Program-made: the position numbers and the translations under genes | Notes under the pieces: generated by a model | Database searches by the model: none | Told to the model about the DNA's origin: nothing | Seen by the model: the letters and a program-made list of their open reading frames with translations, nothing else | Shown here: positions 40,163 through 47,617 of the stretch, piece after piece | Position numbering within the stretch: position 1 is the first letter of the stretch | Layout: every line of letters starts with the position of its first letter | Virus record (IMG/VR): IMGVR_UViG_3300028840_007129 | Length of the DNA stretch: 62,025 nucleotides | Source of the DNA: an uncultured virus (IMG/VR IMGVR_UViG_3300028840_007129) | Taxonomy: Duplodnaviria; Heunggongvirae; Uroviricota; Caudoviricetes | Reading direction: 5' to 3' (one strand)

Positions 40163-40420
40163 TTATTTTCTTCTCGCTCGCCACTCTGGCATAGGCTCGT
40201 TTACAATTTGTTCTCCGCCATAGTACCATATAAGTGGTTTAGAGTCCCAATGATACTTCCAGTCCCTTATATTCCAAGGGTCATAGTATTTACGATAAGA
40301 CTTTCCATTTGGTACATTGTCAGAATTTCTGACCCTACGATTAGCCTCACGCTTCTTAAACTTGGTAGACTTTTTTCCGTAACCGTCTAAGAACCAGGGC
40401 TCTCTGTAAGACCTTGACAT
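40163..40420 (-). CDS. small basic protein
   Basis: MSRSYR...KREANRRVR...NGKSYRKYYDPWNIRDW; AAGGAG RBS. Confidence 0.75.
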   Translation of the reverse strand: MSRSYREPWFLDGYGKKSTKFKKREANRRVRNSDNVPNGKSYRKYYDPWNIRDWKYHWDSKPLIWYYGGEQIVNEPMPEWRARRK

Positions 40421-40441
40421 GCTGTAGCTCCTTATTGAGTG

Positions 40442-40450
40442 TTACAACAT
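40442..40450 (-). promoter_or_regulatory. uORF ML* within a start-occluding hairpin
   Basis: AAAGGAGG RBS; CATGTTGTA/TACAGCATG stem covers the next ATG. Confidence 0.6.
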
Positions 40451-40474
40451 GCGGTCCTCCTTTCTTATGTAAAA

Positions 40475-40821
40475 TGGTAGCCGGGACGGGACTCGAACCC
40501 GTACGGACACAAGGTCCATTGGATTTTCTTACCACTACAGTTTTCACTGCCAGAAAACTTCTGTTTGTGGTCTGGACTGTCTCTTTACCATGTCTTACGA
40601 TTTAGGTAGGGGGTGTACAGTCTCTACACTCGGTTTTTTAACCTAGCACGGGATTGCCATCAACATTACTTGGAAGGTTTCCCCGTTTTAGCCCCCTGCA
40701 TTAATACCGTTTCCGGCATTAAGCTCAATACGGTGTTTTTAGACCTATATCTTGCAACCGGAATAGGTCAGAAAAAACTCCTTTCAAAGTCCAAAGTGTC
40801 TACCAGTTCCACCACCCGGCC
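40475..40821 (-). tRNA. trnL: tRNA-Leu(TAA) interrupted by a group I intron (exons 40787-40821 and 40475-40527)
   Basis: TTGGA-CT T^AA AA-TCCAA after removing the intron. Confidence 0.9.
40528..40786 (-). ncRNA. group I intron (259 nt, no ORF)
   Basis: 5' exon ends in U with P1 GGACUU/GAGUUU; intron ends in G; P7-type GAGACUG...AAGAGACAGUCC. Confidence 0.88.
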
Positions 40822-40829
40822 ATCAAAAA

Positions 40830-40916
40830 TGGTGCGGTCGACTGGACTTGAACCAGCATGGAGTAGCCTCCACTAGGCCCTCAACCTAGCGCGTATACCA
40901 ATTCCACCACGACCGC
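40830..40916 (-). tRNA. trnL: tRNA-Leu(GAG)
   Basis: CTAGG-TT GAG GG-CCTAG. Confidence 0.95.
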
Positions 40917-40926
40917 AAAGTTAAAA

Positions 40927-41074
40927 GAGTCACACTCTAGTCATCGAGCACAATTTTTCACAGTTCTTGAGACTGTTGCCTGTACCAATTCGGCTATCCC
41001 CCCATAAAAATGGTGGGGGGAGAAGGAATTGAACCTTCATGAATGTACGCCCGCATAGTTAGGGAGTGTGACCC
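40927..41074 (-). ncRNA. circularly permuted tRNA-Leu(CAA)-like RNA
   Basis: T arm + TCCCCCC-A-CCA (41038-41011) precedes GGGGGGA + D arm + anticodon arm (41003-40960); flanks pair over 11 bp. Confidence 0.8.
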
Positions 41075-41079
41075 TAATA

Positions 41080-41090
41080 TTTCAAAGAAC
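41080..41090 (-). promoter_or_regulatory. boxA-like antitermination site
   Basis: GTTCTTTGAAA. Confidence 0.55.
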
Positions 41091-41092
41091 GA

Positions 41093-41168
<76 letters not shown>

Positions 41169-41210
41169 ACTAAAATCATCCTCCATGTATTACCCCAGTA
41201 CAACTCCTTA

Positions 41211-41247
41211 AAAACAAAAACCCCCGCCTGATTTCTCTGGCGGGGGT
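41211..41247 (-). terminator. attenuator 2 intrinsic terminator
   Basis: ACCCCCGCC-A-GA-GAAA-TC-A-GGCGGGGGT followed by TTTTGTTTT. Confidence 0.9.
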
Positions 41248-41274
41248 CCTCTGATTCCTTATTTTTGGTATCAG

Positions 41275-41385
41275 TTAGCTTGGATCCCCCGCCGTGCTTA
41301 GCATAATAAAATAGGAGCACAACGACAGACTAAGGTCCGCGTGTGAACTCCTTAAATGCATGCTTCTGGGGGTAACTGAACGCAT
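41275..41385 (-). CDS. leader peptide 2 (36 aa)
   Basis: AGGAG RBS; MRSVTPRSMHLRSSHADLSLSLCSYFIMLSTAGDPS; codons match cluster-2 tRNAs. Confidence 0.85.
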   Translation of the reverse strand: MRSVTPRSMHLRSSHADLSLSLCSYFIMLSTAGDPS

Positions 41386-41413
41386 AACTCCTACTTTGTT
41401 CAAATTCTCTGTA

Positions 41414-41442
41414 AGTATACATCAAATTCCGGGCCATGTCAA
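41414..41442 (-). promoter_or_regulatory. sigma70 promoter of tRNA cluster 2
   Basis: TTGACA-17-TATACT. Confidence 0.9.
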
Positions 41443-41583
41443 TAGAAAAAATGTTCTGACTAAAAAAAGGGGTCTTTGGCATCTACAGCCCTGATTGTCT
41501 TTCCATCTATTCTCAAGAATCTAAGTGGCTTGATAGCTGGATTAGGATTCTTCGGTTGTTCCTTCTGGCCCTCTCCGCCCCCT

Positions 41584-41988
41584 TTAGAAAGGTTTATATC
41601 GATATTTCCTCAGCACATATTTGAAGATGATGCTATTCAGTTCTCTAGTTGTCTTTGAACTTTGGACCCAGTCTTTGATATCGTCAGGATGGTCAGGCGG
41701 GTATATTCCGAGCTCTCTAATAATATCAAGGCCTTCTTCAGAATTGTAGTATTCAACGAGTTTCCAGAGTACCCGTTCGGTTCTCTTATTTAATGATATA
41801 ACCTCTCCGTTTCGATGTCTATTGCAAATGCCCAGTATATATTTCCATTGCTGGACACCACCAGATTTTCTCGTTATCTCACTAAATAAGTAGGAACGTA
41901 CACCAGTATAGAATGAGAGACGTTTGAGGCGAACTTCCTGTTCCATCTCTTCGTAATACTCTTCAAGAGTTTCCAAGGTCTTTTCCAT
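41584..41988 (-). CDS. hypothetical protein
   Basis: 134-aa ORF. Confidence 0.6.
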   Translation of the reverse strand: MEKTLETLEEYYEEMEQEVRLKRLSFYTGVRSYLFSEITRKSGGVQQWKYILGICNRHRNGEVISLNKRTERVLWKLVEYYNSEEGLDIIRELGIYPPDHPDDIKDWVQSSKTTRELNSIIFKYVLRKYRYKPF

Positions 41989-42037
41989 ATGTTCAGTTTT
42001 ACCTGAATAATGGTAGTAAAAGATTATTGAAAAATAA

Positions 42038-42109
42038 AGCCGGTATCCGGATTTGAACCGAAAACCTGCTGTTTACGAAACAGCTGCTCTACCTTTGAGC
42101 TATACCGGC
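42038..42109 (-). tRNA. trnT: tRNA-Thr(CGT)
   Basis: GCTGT-TT CGT AA-ACAGC. Confidence 0.92.
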
Positions 42110-42115
42110 AGAATA

Positions 42116-42193
42116 TGGAGCCGACAGCAGGAGTCGAACCCGCAACAACTTGAGTACAAATCAAGTGCTCTGAGCCATTTGAGCTATGTCGGC
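42116..42193 (-). tRNA. trnT: tRNA-Thr(TGT)
   Basis: CTTGA-TT TGT AC-TCAAG. Confidence 0.92.
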
Positions 42194-42210
42194 ACTGATA
42201 ATCTATTTAT

Positions 42211-42543
42211 ATGAACGACTTAGGTATGAAAACCGCTACAAAAGCCCCCGGAGAAAAGCTCATCAGCGGTGATGGCTACTATATGATAAAGCCCCCTAAG
42301 GGCTATAAGGGCAAGACTTACATAGATGGCCGGTACATTTATGAGCACCGGTATATTATGGAGAAAAAGCTTGGAAGGCCCCTAAAATATAATGAGAACA
42401 TAGATCACATAAATGGTAATAAATTGGACAACAGACCCTCGAATCTAAGGCTCCTCTCAAGGGCCAAGCACACTCAACATACAAAGCCCGCCAAAAAGGC
42501 CAGAAGTATCGTAGAGGCCTACCTCAAACTACAAGCCTCTTAG
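42211..42543 (+). CDS. HNH endonuclease
   Basis: YEHRYIME...HINGNKLDNRPSNL. Confidence 0.88.
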   Translation: MNDLGMKTATKAPGEKLISGDGYYMIKPPKGYKGKTYIDGRYIYEHRYIMEKKLGRPLKYNENIDHINGNKLDNRPSNLRLLSRAKHTQHTKPAKKARSIVEAYLKLQAS

Positions 42544-43844
42544 CCTCTACCCTTTTACCGATTTTTATATCTACAAAGACCGTCCCAGGGTTATCCTGGC
42601 CTGGCTGAATAATAGTGGTATTACCGAGTTTGGCCTTCCATGTATTACTCACCCACGGAGACTCGTGTATATGGCCGCAGAGGACGAGTAGCGGCTGTTC
42701 TCTTTCTATCCATTTTCTGACGGAATCTGACCCGACTCTCCTATAACCCAGACACACATCAAGGTTCAGGCCTGATGGGGGGCAATGAATCGCAGCTATT
42801 ACTTTCGGCCCTCCAGGAAATGTCTTGAGATCATCTTCAATGGTGCCCTTGTTCTTGAAATATTCATGGGGGTCTTCAACCACAACGAAGCCCCCATCGG
42901 TGACATCGACGGGCTTACCGGTATAGGGTTCCTCAAGAAACCATCCCTGATGGTCTATTTTGCATGCTGTTTTTAACCCGAAGCGATAATCAGGGACATA
43001 CCCATAAGCAGTAAAAAAGTAGCCGCCGAACCCCATTTACCGTCGTGCTTTCCGGCGCACAATCTCATCCATCACCGTCTGCGCATCCATCGAGGTATCC
43101 AGGCCAAGCCACTCCCCGAATTTGCGGACCGAGCACTCCGGCACCTGCGTTTCAAGCAGCCACATGAAATTGGGCGACAGACGTGCCAGGTGAATGGACG
43201 GTTATTCACCCCCTCCCCAGCAGGAACCCGTCATCCGCAAGCGCACCAATTACCCCTATGAGGAGGCAGTTGCCGGGGATCAACATTTAACATTGAGCAC
43301 CGAGACAATTTCTGCATTCATTCGTAAGCCATTATTATTTAATGAGTTGTCTTGGTTGTTGCCGGGAAATTATTTGCTGCTTGCCGATGCAACATTTAAC
43401 ATGCGGGTCTACGGGATTTAACACCATTGGCCTTCCTGAAGGCAAAAAACCTGCCGCCGATCGGGTTTGCTACCGGGAAACTCGGCGGGTACTTCCGGCG
43501 GGTTTTTGGGCTCGCGAACGTGCCCACAAGTGGCGGATTTTGAAGGACCCTACCGGGGTTTCATCGAGAAGAGACGCATATTCGAGGAGGTATCTCTTTC
43601 GGGTATAGATATCATCATTTCCGAAGAAAGCCAGGACCTTTATACCCGATTCGGAGCATTTTAGATAGAATTCCTTGAGGTAATTTCTTATGAATGCTTT
43701 TTGTTCTTTTAATATCTCAGGACCTTTTGGTAGAATATCTGCCCCAATATGAATAAGGTCTATACCGTTATCATAAGCATACTGATAGACATCATCGTAT
43801 TTTCTTTGATTGCCGTGAAGATCCGTAGCGTATAGAAATCTCAT
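42524..43844 (-). pseudogene. calcineurin-like metallophosphoesterase split by a 517-bp insertion
   Basis: N-half TDLHG, GAD, GNDD; C-half HCPP, LCGHIHE; removing the insert restores the frame (ETPVGFGGYFF). Confidence 0.85.
43030..43550 (-). mobile_element. foreign insertion flanked by GGGT direct repeat, with cos- or att-arm-like motifs
   Basis: GC-richer; GGGTCCT-17 bp-dyad TGGGC..GCCCA; ATGTTAAATGTTG x2; IHF-like AT-rich site. Confidence 0.6.
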
Positions 43845-43859
43845 GTAAAATCCTTTGAG

Positions 43860-43931
43860 AGCGACAGGCCGGGATTGAACCGGCGACATCTACCTTGGCA
43901 AGGTAGCATTCTACCACTGAATTACTGTCGC
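43860..43931 (-). tRNA. trnG: tRNA-Gly(GCC)
   Basis: CTACC-TT GCC AA-GGTAG. Confidence 0.95.
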
Positions 43932-43941
43932 AAAGGGTTAA

Positions 43942-44016
43942 TGGAGCGGGATGTCGGGTTCGAACCGACGGCGTCAACCTTGGAAGGGTTGCATTCTACC
44001 ACTGAATTAATCCCGC
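43942..44016 (-). tRNA. trnG: tRNA-Gly(TCC)
   Basis: CAACC-CT TCC AA-GGTTG. Confidence 0.95.
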
Positions 44017-44026
44017 TAGATTACAA

Positions 44027-44102
44027 TGGAGCGGAAGACGGGGTTCGAACCCGCGACAACCTGCTTGGGAAGCAGGAACTCTACCACCTGAGCTACTTCC
44101 GC
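44027..44102 (-). tRNA. trnG: tRNA-Gly(CCC)
   Basis: CCTGC-TT CCC AA-GCAGG. Confidence 0.95.
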
Positions 44103-44103
44103 A

Positions 44104-44256
44104 TCAGTCCCAAATATCATCCTCCTCATTATCCTCTAATGAAAACGTATCCATCTCAATACTCTGGTCTTCGTCGTCTTCGTCTACCTCATCATCAAAT
44201 CCGCTGAAGCAGCTCATCATTTCAAGATGGTGGCTCTCATAATCATCGTCATACAT
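44104..44256 (-). CDS. 50-aa extremely acidic peptide (not in ORF track)
   Basis: MYDDDYESHHLEMMSCFSGFDDEVDEDDEDQSIEMDTFSLEDNEEDDIWD. Confidence 0.55.
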   Translation of the reverse strand: MYDDDYESHHLEMMSCFSGFDDEVDEDDEDQSIEMDTFSLEDNEEDDIWD

Positions 44257-44421
44257 TTTATCTTTTCCCGGATGAAGGTTGCAGCTTACTTTTCAGCTGG
44301 ATCATACAATCGGGAAAAACCCTACGGCAAGATGAATTTTTCGCTTACAAGCAACTCTAATGTTCCCAACGGGTTACATTCATAATAATCTATCGATAAT
44401 GGGTATTATTTACAAAAAGTA

Positions 44422-44494
44422 TGGAACCAGTCGGGATCGAACCGACGACCTCCTGCTTGCAAAGCAGGCGCTCTCCCAATTGAGCTATGGCCCC
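44422..44494 (-). tRNA. trnA: tRNA-Ala(TGC)
   Basis: CCTGC-TT TGC AA-GCAGG; G3.U70. Confidence 0.95.
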
Positions 44495-44503
44495 ATAGAA
44501 AAA

Positions 44504-44560
44504 TGGAATCGGCCGGGATCGAACCGGCGACCTCAACGCTGCCAGCGTTGCTACGACCCC
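44504..44560 (-). tRNA. trnA: D-armless tRNA-Ala(GGC) (possibly pseudo)
   Basis: GGGGTCG-TAG-CAACG CT GGC AG CGTTG-AGGTC-T arm-CGATTCC-A; 57 nt. Confidence 0.75.
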
Positions 44561-44604
44561 AGGCGCTATTGATATGAGATCCTTCCATACTTTATTTTTC
44601 CGGT

Positions 44605-45015
44605 ATGGCAGACACACTTCTTCTTATCTCAGAATCTGGCGGCGGAGTCTTCAGGATTTCTACTGGCACTCTCAAAAATCCCGGTGATTTTCAGAGAGAT
44701 AAAACTATAGAAATCTCTGACCAGAATCCTTTTATGCTTTGGAATCTCCTCTATGAGATGGCATCCCTACCTATTCCTCGTCATCCCATCGAAACTAAGC
44801 CTGAAAAGGCTACAAGGGACGATGGCGAGTTCATGGGAATGACAGGAAAACAGGTCATAGATGAGGTGTACAAGCGCACGGGCATTCTCATAACTATAAG
44901 CCCTAAGAGCAAAGAACGAATTGTAAAAAAGGCTAAAGAGCTCATCGATCTTTCTCAGCTCCCCAAAAATGAGAATATAGCCTCGCCCGGAATTGAACCG
45001 GGGTGTACGGCTTGA
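44605..45015 (+). CDS. hypothetical protein sharing the rIIB C-terminal repeat domain
   Basis: MTGKQVIDEVYKRTGILITISPKSKERIVKKA. Confidence 0.7.
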   Translation: MADTLLLISESGGGVFRISTGTLKNPGDFQRDKTIEISDQNPFMLWNLLYEMASLPIPRHPIETKPEKATRDDGEFMGMTGKQVIDEVYKRTGILITISPKSKERIVKKAKELIDLSQLPKNENIASPGIEPGCTA

Positions 45016-45050
45016 AGGGCCGTTGGACTAGACCACTATCCTACGAGGCC
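44978..45050 (-). tRNA. trnE: tRNA-Glu(TTC)
   Basis: ACGGC-CC TTC AA-GCCGT (C33). Confidence 0.88.
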
Positions 45051-45376
45051 TTTTTTTCCACTGATGCCTTAAGAAGAGGGACAGCAATAGTCTTTATGAT
45101 TATTTCGAGGGCTTTTATGAAATAGGCCCTCTTGAATCTTCTTATTTTTAGGCCCCTCGTCGCTATAACACCATTTACCATAGCTGCAAGGTGCATCAAA
45201 TTAATCTGATGCTTTTCGGGATGGTCAGAGGTAATGGATAAAACCTTTTCTCTGGCTACATCAAGAGATAGTTGTTTTAGAAACTCCTGGTCTTCTTCAA
45301 ACCACAGGTCACTCACGCTTTCACGCATGAGCCCAAAAATCTCTTGCTGCAACTTCTCAATAGTTTCATTATTCAC
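45041..45376 (-). CDS. hypothetical protein
   Basis: 111 aa. Confidence 0.7.
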   Translation of the reverse strand: MNNETIEKLQQEIFGLMRESVSDLWFEEDQEFLKQLSLDVAREKVLSITSDHPEKHQINLMHLAAMVNGVIATRGLKIRRFKRAYFIKALEIIIKTIAVPLLKASVEKKAS

Positions 45377-45379
45377 TTT

Positions 45380-45610
45380 TCAGTCTCCTGCTGCCGTGGA
45401 ATCTGCTTGATTCACGAGTTTTTGGAACTGTTCAGCAGTCTGGATTCTTATTCTTTTTGAATCGCTATCCAGATTTTGGTCATTTTTAACATAGTTCCTG
45501 TACTCGGGCAGGATAACTCGTGTATAACTGTCTACAGCTTTGATGAAGGACCTATTCGAGGAGCAGCTAACAAGGGATAGAATCGAAACAACAACGATTA
45601 TACGCTTCAT
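45380..45610 (-). CDS. lipoprotein
   Basis: signal peptide with lipobox LVS-C. Confidence 0.75.
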   Translation of the reverse strand: MKRIIVVVSILSLVSCSSNRSFIKAVDSYTRVILPEYRNYVKNDQNLDSDSKRIRIQTAEQFQKLVNQADSTAAGD

Positions 45611-45628
45611 GTTTACCCCTTATTGTAA

Positions 45629-45705
45629 TGGAGCCCACGATCGGGCTTGAACCGATGAACCTCATCCTTACCAAGGATGTGCTCTACCAACTGAGCTACA
45701 TGGGC
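45629..45705 (-). tRNA. trnT: tRNA-Thr(GGT)
   Basis: CATCC-TT GGT AA-GGATG. Confidence 0.95.
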
Positions 45706-45726
45706 TTTATCGAGTATCGATACAAT

Positions 45727-46500
45727 CTAAAATTCGAACTTCTGACCTTTACTAACAAAGCCAGAAAAACCGTCAGCTCTTGCATCGGGAAGGTCTTTGA
45801 GGGTGTTGTAATGATAGAGCCATATTTTCTTTTTCAACTCTGGTGCCAGGGTCTTTAAGTCCTCATAATGCGCGTGGACCCCGCTCTGATGTTGTGATGT
45901 CTCACAGTCATGGAAAACGACATCAGCCCCTTTTATGAAGTCTTTCAGCTGAGTCGGGGCAAATTGGGTATCTGAAGTTATAAAGATTGATGTCCCACTG
46001 ATAGGATCCTTAAATTTCAATCCGAAAGATTTCACAAAAGTAGCATCAGCAATAACGTGTATAGTTTGAACAGGTTTGAATACGCACCCATCAAATTCGA
46101 ATGAAGCATTGTTGGGAACCCCGACCGTATCAAAGAAGGTCTCCAGAGTGGCATCCTTAAGCTGAATGGAATCCAAGCCACCCCGCAAGGATTGATTCCA
46201 AAGGTCTTTGATTAACATGGAATTTGCAAACAACTTTGGCCTGAATCCCGTGTTTACGGTCTTGCAGAAGTAATTCAGAAAGGCCATGTATTCCAGGCCG
46301 CCGATGTGGTCCGCATGAAGATGAGAGACATAGATAGCATCTATGTCTAAAGCTGAAAGGCCCTGCTCTTTCAAGGACCATCTAATATCTCCCCCACAAT
46401 CAAAGAGCATTTTCTTTCCGGAAGGGGTCTGAATAAGAGCGTTCGATTGGAAATTGTCCATACAGAATGCGGATCCGCTACCAAGAAAAGTTAAAATCAT
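45727..46500 (-). CDS. metallo-beta-lactamase-fold hydrolase (RNase Z/BN-like)
   Basis: FLGSGSAF, DCG, SHLHADHIGG, TSDT, HDCE, LYHY. Confidence 0.85.
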   Translation of the reverse strand: MILTFLGSGSAFCMDNFQSNALIQTPSGKKMLFDCGGDIRWSLKEQGLSALDIDAIYVSHLHADHIGGLEYMAFLNYFCKTVNTGFRPKLFANSMLIKDLWNQSLRGGLDSIQLKDATLETFFDTVGVPNNASFEFDGCVFKPVQTIHVIADATFVKSFGLKFKDPISGTSIFITSDTQFAPTQLKDFIKGADVVFHDCETSQHQSGVHAHYEDLKTLAPELKKKIWLYHYNTLKDLPDARADGFSGFVSKGQKFEF

Positions 46501-47009
46501 TCTTCTTCTCCTATCAATAGGTCGATAGCTTTTTTAACGTCTTCCTTACGTATACCCTTCCTGCTATCCGTTTTAACAAGTCTATCCATATGCGGGGGTA
46601 TATCGTAAGAGTCATCATCGAGAACAATATAGCTATCGATCTCGAATCCATTCTTCTTGGCGTTATCTAACCAGAAGTCTATCTCTGAGCCTCGACCGAA
46701 AGGCTTACCATCTTTTTTATCCTCTTCCTTCTCATTTATTGAAAAAGATGGCGTTTTGCCTATGATGCTGGATCCATCAAATGGTTCCGGATTAGCCACA
46801 TAACAACCCCAACGGTCGCCCCCACTGCAGAAAAGCTCTTTGAGATTGTTAACCGTCAGGCCCTTCCTCCAGGTGCTCGTTACTACGATTTTAGCACCTG
46901 TACGTTCCAGGATGGTGTTAAGACGTCTCATACAGATAGGGTCAAAATAGCAGAATCTTGTCCTGTCCGTACAGACGACACCATCGATATCAAGGAAGAT
47001 AATTTTCAT
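46497..47009 (-). CDS. HAD-family phosphatase (RNA-repair-associated type)
   Basis: IFLDIDGV, VTSTWR, RGSEI, YIVLDD. Confidence 0.82.
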   Translation of the reverse strand: MKIIFLDIDGVVCTDRTRFCYFDPICMRRLNTILERTGAKIVVTSTWRKGLTVNNLKELFCSGGDRWGCYVANPEPFDGSSIIGKTPSFSINEKEEDKKDGKPFGRGSEIDFWLDNAKKNGFEIDSYIVLDDDSYDIPPHMDRLVKTDSRKGIRKEDVKKAIDLLIGEEE

Positions 47010-47209
47010 GGTACCAGTTCTGTTGATATTCTTAATCTTGCACTTATAGGTAGCGCTTCGTTAAGGTGCTTTATTATTAATGAGCACCCCATTGGGGCAT
47101 GTGATGATATCGTAGCTGTCCCTGAGAAGTTTTTCTGTCATAAGATACTTCTCTATGTCGATTAGGGATACGATACCCAACACGTTATCCAAAAAGAGCT
47201 CCTTATTTT

Positions 47210-47282
47210 TAGCCCCGACGGGAATTGAACCCATGTCTGATGGTTGAGAACCATCTATCCTAGACCACTAGACGACGAGGCC
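47210..47282 (-). tRNA. trnE: tRNA-Glu(CTC)
   Basis: GATGG-TT CTC AA-CCATC. Confidence 0.93.
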
Positions 47283-47296
47283 TAATTTCAAAAATT

Positions 47297-47373
47297 TGGC
47301 TGGGAGGGTGGGGGTCGAACCCACGACCGCGTGATTAACAGTCACGAGCTACTGCCAACTGAGCTACCTCCCA
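47297..47373 (-). tRNA. trnN: tRNA-Asn(GTT)
   Basis: CGTGA-CT GTT AA-TCACG. Confidence 0.93.
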
Positions 47374-47410
47374 GTATCAAATGATAGGTACTTTATCAGC
47401 AGAAATAAAG

Positions 47411-47423
47411 ATGTCAAAGAACA
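47411..47423 (-). promoter_or_regulatory. boxA-like site directly after attenuator 3
   Basis: TGTTCTTTGACAT. Confidence 0.6.
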
Positions 47424-47457
47424 AAATAAAAAAGGCTCCCCGGTTCAGGGAGCCTTT
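47423..47457 (-). terminator. attenuator 3 intrinsic terminator
   Basis: AAAGGCTCCC-TGAACCG-GGGAGCCTTT followed by TTTATTTT. Confidence 0.9.
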
Positions 47458-47484
47458 GGATCTTCGGATGGAAACAAAGACTCC

Positions 47485-47565
47485 CTATAGGTACAGTCCT
47501 TCCGTACCATTGGCCTCGGTGGCCGCGTTATTAAGGACTGATGTCAGGGAGTTCTTTGTCTTCAT
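47485..47565 (-). CDS. leader peptide 3 (26 aa)
   Basis: GAGG RBS; MKTKNSLTSVLNNAATEANGTEGLYL; codons match cluster-3 tRNAs. Confidence 0.85.
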   Translation of the reverse strand: MKTKNSLTSVLNNAATEANGTEGLYL

Positions 47566-47588
47566 AATGACCTCTATGGTTCGCTATT

Positions 47589-47617
47589 AGTATACACCTT
47601 TTCAGAACTAAAATCAA
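47589..47617 (-). promoter_or_regulatory. sigma70 promoter of tRNA cluster 3
   Basis: TTGATT-17-TATACT. Confidence 0.8.

Noticed and set aside
40927..41074. Two-piece tmRNA
   Set aside because: No G3.U70, a full D stem and anticodon arm are present, and there is no tag ORF
43030..43550. Group I/II intron or IS element
   Set aside because: A U.../...G junction can be drawn, but I found no P7 core or group II domain V, and no terminal inverted repeats or transposase
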